From Eremomyces bilateralis CBS 781.70 (taxonomy: Eukaryota), in assembly GCA_010015585.1 (NCBI GenBank), contig ML975153.1: a DNA stretch of 64,000 nt; one strand, 5' to 3'. Below the pieces are notes generated by a model that saw only the letters and a list, made by a program, of their open reading frames with translations, was not told where the DNA came from and made no database searches. Positions 50,249 through 62,467 of the stretch are shown piece by piece. Both the position numbers and the translations under genes were made by a program. Numbering within the stretch: position 1 is the first letter of the stretch; the number at the start of each line of letters is the position of its first letter.

Positions 50249-51298
50249 AGCGGCGTTGGCGATGGGGCTCATTGGGCCCGCGCTGGCGAAAACATATATA
50301 GAGTAAAGGAACGAATTGGATTGCGATTGAGGAGTCGACGAGGGCAAGTGTTGAGAGAGTCGCAACGGTTCGGAGGATGATGAGGCTCTAATACAGGGTA
50401 CGAGAAAGGTGCCGAACGGAGGGAATTCGGAAAGGTGACGTTGGACAGGGCCGCTAATCGAGAGTTCAAGAGGGCAAGGACCGCGATTCCTGGGGTGCTG
50501 ACTGCTGTCAAACTGACAGATTCGGCTCGGATTGAGGGCCAGGTGCCGGAGAAGTGCGCTAGGGCTGAATGTAGGAGGCTTATGTGGTGTGGACAAGAGG
50601 GAGGGCCTTGTGTACCAAAGGAGAGAATAATATAGTCGAGGGTTGGAGGACGCAGAGGAGGACAAGGACGAGGAGGTGGAGGTGGAGTGATAAGACGAAG
50701 ATGGAGGATTATTCCAGACAAGTGAGGTAAGACTCGACTTTAGGAAGGATTGATCTGGTCTGGTCTGATATCTGATATGATCAGATGGACGCGGTCGAGG
50801 AGAAGAGAGACAGAGGGAGCGTGAGGGTGAGAGTGAGTGATAGTTGCGTGACAGTGAGTGCTGCAGAGGATCGATTCGCTGGCGGCTTACGGTCGGAGTC
50901 GCCAGCCGGCCAGCCGGGCAGGTGGACAATTTGGGCAGTTAGACACGCTACGATATTAATGCGAACTGTGAAGCTGGCATAACCGCCATAGAATCTATTA
51001 AACCGATGATCCTAATGATAATTACCTGCAATGAGTGATTTAAGTCCGGTATTAAGTGGGGGACGCCCGATATAAATCCACCCCGTAAATCCTGACTCCA
51101 TCATCGCAGGCGACGTCACTTTGCTCCTCCACTTTTTAGTCCCACCTATTCCCTAACCCATCCAAGAACTTCCTTTCTGATATTCCGCACGGAATACCTC
51201 CACTCCCCCAGACTCTCCCCGCTGGATAGCGGATAGGTACAGAGAATCAATCCAGGCAAGCCCTTGAAGGGCCATGCTATCCGAAACCCGAATCCACC

Positions 51299-53116
51299 AT
51301 GCCGCTCGATAGCAATGGCGTCAACAAACTCGACTACCCGACCGACTCGCACACTCCCCTCCTCCACCCCAACGGCCACTCACACGGACACAGCAGCACT
51401 GGCGATAGCCAGACCCCTAGCCTTTCCGGTGATTTCTTCGAGCAGGTCGCCGAAGGCATCCAGGAACGCGACCGCGCGGTGTTCAACCGCGAGATGATGC
51501 GGTACGTGAGCTTCGTCTGGGCGGTGCTCAACTGCCTAGGCGCCGGCTCCATCACCAGCTACTCGCTGTACGGCCACCTGTTCCAGGAACGCCTGCGCTA
51601 CTCCCAGCTGCAGGTGAACCTAGTCTCTATCACCGCCGAGATCGCCATGTACCTTCCCGTCTCCGCGTTCGGCTATCTCTGCGATCGCTACGGTCCGCGT
51701 GTGCCGTCGGCGCTCTCGGGGATCTTCTTCGGCGGAGGATATCTGTTGGCTGCGTTCGCCTACCGGAGTGGACCGCCAGCGGAGAGAGGGGGCGAGGGAT
51801 GGCCGTTCTGGACGATGGTGGTGTCGTTCGTCGGGGTTGGGCTGGGGACCAGCTGCATGTATCTCTCGGCCGTGACGACATGCGCGAAGAACTTCGGTCG
51901 GGGGAAACATAAGGGCATCGCGTTGGCCGTGCCCATCGCCGCGTTCGGATTGAGTGGCATGTGCCAGAGCCAAGTCGGGAGCCGATTGCTGTATGAACGA
52001 ACGCCCGACGGAGGCCGTGGAGACGTGGATGTATTCCGCTTCTTCATCTTCCTCGCCGCCGTGCTCTGCGGGCTGGGGATTGTCGGATCGTTCATATTGA
52101 CCGTGGTGGACGAGGAGGAGATGATCGACGAAGCCATCGAAGAATTAGAGCGGAGCGGCCTTCTCGATGAGCATCAGTTCTTCCGGCAGGCGGCCGACCA
52201 GCACGGATACGGCTCCATCCCGCGGTATGATCTGTCGGAGTCGCAGGAGAACATGATCAGCGACACGGCAGACGTGATGCAGACGCGGGCGGAAGAGGAG
52301 CGACGGCGCAAGAATTGGCTGCTGAACGAAGAGACGCGGATGTTCCTCGCTGACAAGACGATGTGGTGGTTTGCGTCGGGATTCTTTCTGATCACCGGCC
52401 CCGGCGAGGCCTTCATCAACAATTTGGGCACCGTCATTCGGTCCTTATATCCTCCATCGGTCCCCACGACAAATCTCCCCACGTCCGCCGCGACGCACGT
52501 CTCCATCGTGGCCATCACGTCGACCATCGCCCGTCTCCTGACGGGTACGCTGACCGATCTCCTCGCCCCACCAACCTCCCACCACCAGCATCGCCAGCGT
52601 CCGACCTCCATGATCTCCTCCATCCACTCCCTACCCTCCCAATCGAACGGTCTCAGCGTCTCACGAATGGCCTTCCTCATCCTCTTCGCCCTCCTCCTCT
52701 CCGCCGGCCAGCTACTCCTCGCCTCAGGCCTGGCTCAGGGTCGTGCCGGCGTGTTCGCCGCCGTCTCCTCCCTCGTCGGCGCGGGCTACGGCGCCGTGTT
52801 CTCCCTCGTCCCCATCGTCACGTCCGTGGTGTGGGGCGTGGAGAACTTCGGCACCAACTGGGGGATCATCGCCATGGTACCCGCGGGTGGCGCGGCGTTG
52901 TGGGGGTTGGTGTACTCGGCGGTGTATCAGGCGGCGGCGTCGAACGGGGCAGCGCAAGGGGGAGTGGAGGCGCAGGATGATGTCATGTGCTATGGAGCGC
53001 GGTGCTACGCGCCGACGTTTTGGGCGATGGCGGTGAGTGTGTGGTTGGCCTGTGGCCTGTGGGCGTGGGCGTGGAAAGGACCTGGAGGATGGAATAAACG
53101 GGGGATCGCGGTGTAG
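51299..53116 (+). CDS. MCH1: MFS transporter, Mch1-like (monocarboxylate transporter homologue), single exon
   Basis: 605-aa ORF with many hydrophobic segments; LGAGSITSYSLYG, GYLCDRYGP, YLSAVTTCAKNF, GPGEAFINNLG, VWGVENFGTNWGI. Confidence 0.85.
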   Translation: MPLDSNGVNKLDYPTDSHTPLLHPNGHSHGHSSTGDSQTPSLSGDFFEQVAEGIQERDRAVFNREMMRYVSFVWAVLNCLGAGSITSYSLYGHLFQERLRYSQLQVNLVSITAEIAMYLPVSAFGYLCDRYGPRVPSALSGIFFGGGYLLAAFAYRSGPPAERGGEGWPFWTMVVSFVGVGLGTSCMYLSAVTTCAKNFGRGKHKGIALAVPIAAFGLSGMCQSQVGSRLLYERTPDGGRGDVDVFRFFIFLAAVLCGLGIVGSFILTVVDEEEMIDEAIEELERSGLLDEHQFFRQAADQHGYGSIPRYDLSESQENMISDTADVMQTRAEEERRRKNWLLNEETRMFLADKTMWWFASGFFLITGPGEAFINNLGTVIRSLYPPSVPTTNLPTSAATHVSIVAITSTIARLLTGTLTDLLAPPTSHHQHRQRPTSMISSIHSLPSQSNGLSVSRMAFLILFALLLSAGQLLLASGLAQGRAGVFAAVSSLVGAGYGAVFSLVPIVTSVVWGVENFGTNWGIIAMVPAGGAALWGLVYSAVYQAAASNGAAQGGVEAQDDVMCYGARCYAPTFWAMAVSVWLACGLWAWAWKGPGGWNKRGIAV

Positions 53117-53262
53117 GCGATCGATTATCAGCATAGAGCCGGTTGCATGCAATAGCGTAGGCGTTTTGATATTGCTTGGAAGCGGGTCATGGCATAGGTC
53201 CGACTAAATTTGTACACAATCAACCGACGCCGCCACGCATTGAATAGATCTCGTATAGCATT

Positions 53263-54513
53263 TTACAATATCGTATACGCTATCCACAATGCGAGCCAGG
53301 TTATAATTCCCCCCAACCGCAGTGCCGGCCAGATCGATCGAGCTGCGGACGCAGTGAACACGACCTCCGGCACACCCTCTTGCTCGGTGCCGTCCACCGC
53401 GCAGACCACCTTGCAAGCCTTCGCTCCCTTCCTAGGTACCAACTGATGGATCTCTGGTGTACTTTCCTCCACGGAACTCAGGCTCCGCTTGGACGAACCA
53501 TAACGGCCTCCCCGTCCCTCACCGGGTCCCTCGACCGGCCCACTCGTATTAAACACCATCTGCACCCATCCAACATGCAACTCCGCCGAACCGCCCACAT
53601 CCATCTCCCCACTCCACTCCCCCCCGTCGCTCCACATGTTCAAAATCAGCCCGCTCGGCTTCCGCGGCACGCTATAGGTGTTCTCCGCCACCTGCTCCCC
53701 ATCCACGTACCACCGACTCACCCCCGGCACCCAATCGATTCGCATCTCCCTCCAATCCCGCCACTCCGGTAACCTCGGCGCCTCGATGCTCGCGCCCGCC
53801 ACCTCGTCCCCCGTCTTATCCAGCGACGGCTGGTTCGTGAACCGCCATGTGCGGTTCGCGTCGCCCGTCAGGATCTCGATGTCCGACTCGTTGGTCTCGT
53901 CGAAGAAGGTGAAGAGGCCGGCGACAGCACCGGGGTCGCCGCGCACGCGGGCGAGGAAGCGCAGGGAGGCGTGGAGGAGGTTCTTCTGGAGGTTTTCGAT
54001 CTCGGCAGCGGATTGGAAGTCATCGAGACGGGACGTGCGGAGGGTGAGCCATGTTGGGGGGATGGAGTTGTCGTCTGATTCGGTTGCGTTTTGGGCTACG
54101 ATCTGAGGTTAGTTGTAGTTTGGGGGAATAGCCGAGGCTGGATACGTACCGATATAGACGTTCGCTGGCGAATTCTGCGTACGGATGGGGAACTCGTCCG
54201 TTGCCTCCTTGGTCCAATCTTGGATATCCCAGTCTGCATTCCAGTCACTGCTGTTCAGGAAGCTTTGGTCCCGCGACAGCTCGTTTCCGGAGGAATCCGC
54301 ATCCGTGAGGAGACGTGGGGCTCGCGTGTACTGGTCTGGAGCGGTCGCAAGGTTTCGAAAATCCCAAAAGCGGTGATATGTGAAGTATGAAGGCTCGGAG
54401 CCGGAGGTGGTAACATAACAGTCACAGGACGCAGAATTGTCCTTCAAGTCTCTTGACGCTGCCAGGGCAGGTTGCAGGAGATGGAACAGCGGAGCGAAAG
54501 CAAATAAAAACAT
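53263..54513 (-). CDS. Glycoside hydrolase family 16 protein, secreted, possibly GPI-anchored; one intron at about 54103-54147
   Basis: Signal peptide; AVAGLFTFFDETNESDIEILT (ExDxE catalytic motif), RIDWVPGVSRWYVDG, LILNMWSDGGEWSG; hydrophobic C-terminus. Confidence 0.88.
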
Positions 54514-55166
54514 TATGGTATTAGAATACAGATATTGTCCGGGGAATAACCAAGTCGCAGAATTATGAAACCATCGCTATACCTGACGTGATGCTAGATT
54601 AAAAATATGCTATACAGAAGAAAATTCGAAGGTGGGTGAAGATAATAATCAAATCACACGCATACGGGTTCCGAAAACGATTTGGAGGTTGATGAGGGAT
54701 AGTTAGTAAAAGTTAGCTAACGGATCCACGCATGATTGAGGCTAAGCACATATTCGATGACACAGCATCATAAAGTAGAATCTTCAAGCCAGGTGAAGTC
54801 GTGGACATTATTGTTTAGGCATTGGCGGAGAAAGACATGAAATAGAAAATATCAAGGGGCGAAGCGGCAGAGGGCCAGACCCTGACCCCCTTTTTTCCCG
54901 TTTTGGATACGCGCCGTCCATAGCCAATCACGTGTCGCGATACAAGACTTCTTCCTATGGCTGTGACGAAAAAAAGGTCCAATGTCTGAATTTCTGTAGG
55001 AGCACCGACGGTATATTAATATCGAACGCGGATTTTCTTAGCATCTGGTTCCCTAATTTCGGTCAAGAGGAAGAACGATGTCCATCTACCATAGACCAAG
55101 TCAAATCGATTCCTTTCTACCGGAGTACCGATATCGAGCCGGAGGGACGAGCTAGGGATTCTGCCA

Positions 55167-56759
55167 TTACAACTTAGGCTCGAACCCATATTCCCTCAAC
55201 TTCTGCCGCACCCTCTCCCTCTGCTGCTCAAACTTGCCCAGGATCGCCTGATTCCTCTTATTCTCATTGCGTCCCATCTGCTGTAGATGCACCTCGTCCG
55301 GCCCGTCCGCAATCCGCACAGTTCGCATGTGCGCCCACATCGACGCTAGCGGCGTATCCTGCGACACGCCCGCTGCGCCGTGGCTCTGCACCGCGCGGTC
55401 GATCACCTGAAGCGCCATGGCCGGCACCATGACCTTCGCGGCGGCGATCTCGCGCTGCGCACCCTTTGCGTCGGTCTCGTCGATCTTGATGGACGCGTTC
55501 AAGACGACGAGCCGCGCAGCGTCGATCTCCATGCGGGACCGGGCGATCCATTCCATGATGACGCCGTGCTGGTTGAGCTGCTTGCCGAAGGTCTTGCGGT
55601 TCGGGTCGTTCACGCGAGCGATCATCAGCTCCAACGCGCGCTCGGCCTTTTTGGTGTTAGTGTTGACTTATATCATATCATTGATGGGATACGTACCGAG
55701 CCGAGAGATCGCATGGCATGATGGATACGGCCGGGACCCAGCCGTCCTTGAATGATCTCGAAGCCACGGCCTTCTCCAAGGACCAGGCTCGACGCCGGGA
55801 CACGAACGTTGTCGAAGGTGATCTCAGCGTGTCCATGAGGCGCATCGTCATAGCCGTAGACGCTCAAGTAGCGTTCGATCTTAACGCCTGGAGTTCCAGC
55901 CGGCACCAGAATGACGGAATGCTGTTCCCAGGCGCTCGCTGCATTCGGGTTGGTCTTCCCAAGCACGATATAAATCTTGCATCGGGGATCGCCCGCTCCG
56001 CTGCTCCACCATTTCTTCGCGAAAGTCAATATCTTTGATCAAGTTGCTCCGCTTGCGGTTTACTTACTTGGCCGTTCAACACGTATTCGTTGCCTTGGCG
56101 TTCCATTTTCAACGAGATATTCTTCGCGTCCGAGCTGGCCACTTTGGGCTCGGTCATGAGGAAGGCCGAGCGGATCGTTCCATCAAGGAGCGGCGCGAGC
56201 CATTGTTTCTTCTGCGCATCCGTCCCATACTTTGCGAGGACCTCCATGTTCCCCGTGTCGGGAGCAGCGCAGTTGACAGCCTATCGAAGTTACTTACAGC
56301 ACCCCTTGATATGTCATGGTCGGCTTACCTCCGATGCGAGCGACGATTTCCCGAGAATCATCGCGATGAGTCCATACTCAAGGTTGGTCAACCCGGCGCC
56401 TTCGGCGTAGTGCGTCTTGCTTAGGAAGATGTTCCACAGCCCGAGCTTCTTCGCCTTGGCCTTGAGGTCGTCGATCACCGGCGGATACACGCCCCATCTC
56501 TGGCCCTGCTTCTCCATCTGGGCTCGCGCTACGGCGTCGGCGGGCATGCCTATATATACTTAGTCGATTGTTTTGCGGGTGCTGGAATTCCCTCGCTACA
56601 AACTGACATTCTTCCTCGACGAACTTTTTGACCTAGGGACTCATTGTCAACTCGGATCGTCCAGTCATTTCAGGTTGAGGACCAACTTACGAGATCAAGT
56701 GTATCCCTCGCCTTCTGGCTCACGCGATCCGCTACAAGTGGTGGAATATCTGCAGACAT
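55167..56759 (-). CDS. Acyl-CoA dehydrogenase (ACAD10/11-like), C-terminal PTS1-like PKL, multi-exon
   Basis: [86 protein letters not shown]; ends FEPKL*. Confidence 0.92.
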
Positions 56760-57726
56760 GGTTGCTGAATGATGTTATACAATCGCTAAACGGCGGACGC
56801 GAGACTATGATTCTGCTATCACCTCGGTGCTGATGCAGGACAATTGGTAAGTGGACGGACCCGAGACTCCATCCTCCTTATATCTCTCCCTAGATGTCCA
56901 AGCTTCGGTTGTTCCCACTCGGTCCCGCCCCCCTCGCTCAAGGGTCGTTAGCTAGATGCGGGGTGCATAATCCCAACCGACATTCCTGGAGACGAGTGAG
57001 ACCGCCCAATAGAGCAAAGCCTCGGTCACCATCCGCGTTGGTGGATGTCATTGGTGGATAGAGGTTTGTAATAACAGGATCGTTTTGAGGTGCGAGCTTA
57101 CAGTAACCTAGTACATACTGGACAAGGGAGTAGGTAGCGCATGGAACAACTGAATCATGATTATTATACTACTAGAATATACGAAATGGGAAGATTAGAG
57201 ACAGTAACTAAAGACAGTGGCGGGAGCCCGAGTAAGAGACCTGCCTTTCCTCCTTAGAGCGTACGAATCAGAACCAAAGGACGGTCCGATTAAACGATGG
57301 TCTCCGAACACGGAGGTAATTACGGCAACGATATAGTTTATCTAGGACACTAGAAGACTAGACCTAGGAATATGACATCCCTCTACCCCTTCTCTCCTAC
57401 ACTATCTCGCCTAGTTATACATTCCCTTCTACTAACTATATGGTCTCAACCCTCCAATCCGACGCTGTGCCCGAGTAAGAGCAGCGTCACTCTGGATCAG
57501 AACCTAGAAGAACAGAGGCATCCAGCAAACTGACCATATTATTCCCTTAACACAGTTATAATATTTCCCTATGTTAGCCGCAGATATAGTAGCTAGAAGA
57601 CCGAAGATAGAAAATGCAGATGCAATGCAATGGGGGCACAAGGCCACAAGGCACCAATGTATGTAATTAGTCAGCTTAGGTAGTTCTCCACATGGGCCTC
57701 GCTGAGAGGCCTGACGGGCGTATGAA

Positions 57727-57752
57727 TCTCTCTCTCTCTCTCTCTCTCTCTC
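57727..57752. repeat. (TC)13 microsatellite
   Basis: Perfect dinucleotide run. Confidence 0.95.
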
Positions 57753-57998
57753 GCTTCTTTTTCCCCCCTTCTTTAGCTTTACAATAGAGTCTACCTCTGG
57801 TATTCGAACACTCTTCGTATCGAACCGTGACATCTTGATCTATTTAATTGCCTACAGCAATCCAATATCACCCAGGACTACCAATCCTTGACAAATAGAG
57901 TAATTTAAATTGTCGTGGGCCTAAACCACGAAGGATTTGGTAAGCTAGTAACGCTGTTAAATTACTAAAGAGGAAAGGAAAAGATCTCTCTTACGATC

Positions 57999-58499
57999 TG
58001 TTATGGGTTGAAACTAGGGTGGGTGTAAGAAACAAATGAAATAAAGAGGAGCCTGTAAATTACCGAATTAATGCAAGAAAGTAGTTTATTTCTTTCCATT
58101 ATTTTCTTATCTAATTAGAAATCTCGTAGAAGCCCTTTGGCAGTTGGATTTCTCGCCCATAAACTTTCATGCCTTAGGCATAAACATACAGTGCGCTAAA
58201 CAAATTGGGTTAGCGTTTTTTGCGAAATTTACATCGTATTCTTTGTTTCTTACATAAATTTGGGGGTTTCTTCGCAACAAATGTTTATTGCATGAAATTT
58301 ACCCACCCTAGTTGAAACCCTTCGTGCTTGGTTGGCTAAGGCTAAGAGCCTAAGCCTGATTAGGTTAAAGGTTGATTCTGAGTCCAACCCTCTTCGATGT
58401 AAACGAGAAGGCTTCCCCTTCTTGTTCTCTTCTTTAGCTTAATCTAGAATATCTTTGGCTACGTGTATGTTGTGTGCATCCAGCTACCGTGCCGTAACA
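57999..58499. mobile_element. Solo LTR, copy 2, interrupted by a nested MITE
   Basis: TGTTA start and TAACA end; perfect 5-bp TSD CGATC (57994-57998 and 58500-58504); matches 45102-45291. Confidence 0.9.
58015..58310. mobile_element. 296-bp non-autonomous hAT-type element (MITE)
   Basis: 10-bp TIRs TAGGGTGGGT/ACCCACCCTA; 8-bp TSD GTTGAAAC (58007-58014 and 58311-58318); LTR copy 1 shows the empty site. Confidence 0.88.
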
Positions 58500-59022
58500 C
58501 GATCTACTATTTATATCTGTGGGCAAACGGTCTACCTATCCTTCCTGCCTTAGGCCGCAAGGCCATAATGATAATACACAGACTGGGCGAAGCCCAAGAC
58601 TGTCACACGCGAAATCCTTTTCTCTTTTATTAGCATCCGAATAGTAGTACGGTAGTCTTATGGATACTAAATTGATCGAACTAGAGCTCTGATATACGTA
58701 TTAAATTCAGTCCTCCTCCTCCCTCGAATACCAATAGAATAATAAGCCTTTTATGACGCTTATGTGAATATAATTCGAGCACTCTTTTTAAAAGACATAC
58801 GAAAACTGTAAACTCTAGCTTCGTTCCTCCAGGCTCTCTTTCAGCGACACCCGCTTGCGGGTTCGCATCTCTTGTTTGAAGGGGAGTGTTAGAAGCAACA
58901 ACCATCATCTAGGTCAGGTGATACATTCCTAATCGGGAATGTTCCTATGTAAATAATCCTAAATCATCATTCCTGAGATAGATGCGAATTAATCAATCAA
59001 TTCATGAAATAACTTCAACAGC

Positions 59023-60011
59023 CTTCCCATCTCCCAAGTCGTCAAGCCTCTCGTCCGGGAAACAAAGCCTGCCAAGCACGTCTCAACCGAAGTCCTCTAC
59101 TACAAAGACCCTGGCGATGGAAGCCCACCGCCTCCTGCCTACGTTGGCCAGCCAAACACCTTCATCCGTCCTCCCCACCCCCAGGACGTCCTTATCACCG
59201 ACGTCTCCGACGACGAGGACAAATACACCCTCGACAGCCACGGCTTTGCTTTTGTGAAGAACCATCCCAGCGCCGAGAAGGACTTCGTCGACGACGCCCA
59301 GATCAAAGCCGTCTACTACCCCGAGACCGAGCAACTCCTGAAGGGACTCGTGGGTTCCCCCCAACCCCTATCTATCCTCAATCCAATCAATCCAAAGCTG
59401 ACCGTCCGTCCCCCAGCACCGGCGCCACTCGCGTTTCTCGCGTTTTTATTTTTGACCACACCATCCGCCGCGCCGTTGCCGACGACCGCGCCGCACCCAG
59501 CCAACCGCGCGGTCCGGGCTTCCCCGTGCACATTGACCAGTCCTATACCGCTTTGGAGAACCGTGTCAAGTACCACCTGCCCGACGAGGCCGAGGCCCTG
59601 CTCCAGAAGCACTTCCAGATCATTAACTAAGTTCCACTCCGTGTGAATATAGGACTATGTTTATGGTTTACTGACTTCTCGCAGGTGTGGCGGCCAATTA
59701 AGACCATCCTGAGGGATCTACTGGGGCTGGCCGATGCGCATTCCGTGCCTAAGTCCGATTTGGTTCCGTCTAAGCTGATTTATCCTGATCGCAAGGGCAA
59801 GACGTATTCGGTGCGGCCCAATCCTGCCCATCGCTGGTACTTTAAGTATGCCCAACGGCCAGATGAGCCGTTGTTTATCAAGTGTTACGATTCGTTGAAT
59901 GATGGCCGCGCGAGACGGGTTCCCCATTCCGCTTTTGTGAATCCCGCTCATGTGAATGAGCCTCCCCGGGAGAGTATCGAGGTGCGAGCGTTGGTGTTTT
60001 ATGATTATTGA
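59023..60011 (+). pseudogene. CmcJ/AsaB-like oxidoreductase (cephem-methoxylase P8-related), apparently disrupted
   Basis: YTLDSHGF, YYPETEQLLK, RVFIFDHTIRR, VHIDQS, QIINVWRPIK, HRWYFKYAQ, IKCYDS, VPHSAF, RESIEVRALVF. No in-frame ATG found, a +1 frame mismatch across intron 59350-59416, and a donor lacking its G (AAC|TAAGTT at 59628). Confidence 0.7.
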
Positions 60012-60195
60012 ACCGTCTAGTCACCCATTAGTAGTCTTTGAACTTTTGGACATCATGTCCCCTTTCCTATACTTTATGAACCTAGGTACCTTCACAGTCC
60101 TATTTCAATCACCCAATCTTATGCATGTGAAGAAGGAATGCTATGAACATGATTGATATTTCTCTACTAATACTATGCAGTAGTTCATCCGACTA

Positions 60196-62188
60196 CTAGT
60201 ACTTATACCTCAAATTACGCCTAAAGACGCGCCCGTTCAGTAGCCAATACTGGATATTCGCTCCGGCAGCACAAAACAGCCCAAACGTCACAAGCGCAAT
60301 AATCACAGCCCAGCCAACGGGATAGTTGGGCGCGTCCTTCTTCTGGAACAGCTGGTAGCCCACGACACCCGACAGATTCGACGACACCATGAAGAGGGCC
60401 ATGGCGATGGCCCGTTGCGCCGCCGTGCCAGCGTTGAGAGCCACCCAGGATGCGTTTACGGGATCTGTGGTACGGCATGATTAGTTCTCAGTCATCGTGT
60501 ATAGGGGTACCGGGGTTCCAAAACTTACGGCCTGGCGCTGAGAAGATGGTTGCGAGCGTCAGGAATGCGAACCGGGCTTGTGAATTTTTGGAATGTACGA
60601 GCATGCGGTTTCCAATGACAATGCCCCAGTAGATCAGAAGACCACCAAAGACGAATGGGCCGCGCACCTTGGTGCGGTCGCTACCACACCAAAAAACATT
60701 AGTTTTCCAGTTTCTCAAACTCTACCAAGAAAGTAGGTACATGGGTAGGGGTACTCACGCTCCCCAAGCCCAAATGATGCAGACAACCATGGAGCACCAG
60801 GAACCAATGGAGACCAGGGCGTTGGCTTGGAGCCGGCCGTAACCAAAGGAGGCGACGATGGTGGGAGAGTAGGAAGTCAGAGCGGCCATGGGCGCTATGG
60901 CCGAGATGGTGAGCACCAGGTGTGGGTAGACTGTCCAGTTTGCCAACTACAAGCATGTCAGTTGGTTCCCGGCGCTTGACTGATTGCAAATTTGTATAGC
61001 GAAACCTACCGCTTTCTTGAGTTCGGACCATTCGATATGCGGCCTCTGTATCGCCTTGGACGGGTCATCGAGCAGGACGCGGTTCACCAGGATGTGTCGC
61101 TCTCGGTCATTGAACACGGTGAAACCGAGCAGGGATACGGGGTCTTTGGTCGACTTAGGGAAGATGGCGAACCACAGGAAGCCGACTAGAACAGTAAAGG
61201 TGCCTTCGATTATGAACAACCATTGCCATCCGGCCAGGCCGGCAACTCCTCGCATGTGCAGGCTGGTCGGGTGGTCAGTGTTTTTGAGTCTTGGCATGGG
61301 GGAAAAGAGGTGGAAAGACTTACATGCCGTATGCGATCAGACCACTAAAGGCGTTTGCAAGCATGTTGCCGAACCAAAACAAGGTGAATCGTTTGGATAA
61401 TTCGCCGCTCTTGTACCAGGATGTGATGGAATAGAGGGCACCGGGAATGAAACCGGATTCAGTCAGACTGGTTGGTCAACCAGTTAGTGGTCGTACGATG
61501 GGCACGCATACGAGTGCGTGTGTGTGTGGGGAGGTGGCTGCGTACCCTAGGAGGATGCGGGTTACGAGGAAGGCCCCGAATCCCTTCTGGAAGGCCTGGA
61601 AGGTGGCTACAAAGCCCCATGCGACGATTTGGCTGCCAATCCACAGGGTCGGACCGACTTTGTAGAGGATCATGTTGCTGGGAATCTATGGTCGACTGGG
61701 TCAGGTTGTTGTTGATGGGTCGGGTGAAATGGCACTTGGTACCTCGAGCACTACAGCACAAGCAGCCATGAGTTGCTGGCCCAGATTGAACTGGTTTTGG
61801 GTGATGTCAACATCTTTGAGGAAGAAATCCGTCAGTGCATTGCCGCTGGGTGGTGGCAAGAGAAAATTAGTATAATGGCTTGAGGTCATGGAGGATGGAC
61901 AACCTGAGTACCTAAGTCCACGGGTAGGTACCTACTCACATATTTCCTCTGTCAATCTGGAGACATGCGAAACATAGGGCCAGAAGAGGTATCAAGAGGA
62001 GGTCAGTCCTGATGACGAGTTAGGATCGTACGGGTGCAGAGACGGCACAGAGAGACTTACTTCCGTAATACCTTGCGCTCCTCCTCGTCGGACCAGTCCT
62101 TTACAATCTCGTTGTGTTCGGGGTCTGACAGATGGCTGCCATCGCTGCTGGTCTTGGCTTGGACGGTGGTCTCAGCCTTGTCGGCCAT
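60196..62188 (-). CDS. MFS transporter, Dal5/allantoate permease (ACS) family; candidate sulfonate/sulfate (AstA/Soa1-like) permease; many introns
   Basis: DWSDEEERKVLRK|TDLLLIPLL, LQIDRGN, LEIPSNMIL, ESGFIPGALYSITSWYKSGE, GLAGWQWLFIIEG, SNLSGVVG, KKDAPNYPVG. Confidence 0.85.
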
Positions 62189-62446
62189 CTTCTCACTGGA
62201 ATGAGGAGAAGCCATGGTGCTGCTGAATGTGTTTGGCGAAGAAGGAAAAAAGGAAAAAAAGTTGCGATGCTCCCCTATGGACAGTAACGACAGTACTTTG
62301 GCGGTCTTATCCGAAATAATTCTGGGAGCGGGTGGATTTTATAACAGTGGTCGACATTGGCAAGCACACGGTCAGCCTTGCTCAGGAGGTGGTGAAAGGT
62401 AACAACCACAACGGTGGGCGGGGACATGTTAGCGAGGATAACGTGT

Positions 62447-62467
62447 ATGATGCTATTATGGCATCAT
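62447..62467. promoter_or_regulatory. CYS3/MetR-type bZIP site(s) in the divergent MFS-TauD promoter
   Basis: ATGGCATCAT (62458-62467) fits ATGRYRYCAT exactly. Adjacent ATGATGCTAT (62447-62456) has one mismatch, as does ATTGCGCCAT at 62992-63001. Confidence 0.55.

Noticed and set aside
50273..50929. Long open frame upstream of the GID4 ATG as a second non-AUG extension
   Set aside because: It reads as pyrimidine-rich leader (S/L/P/H-rich) with no recognisable motif and no standout near-cognate start, unlike WHI2.
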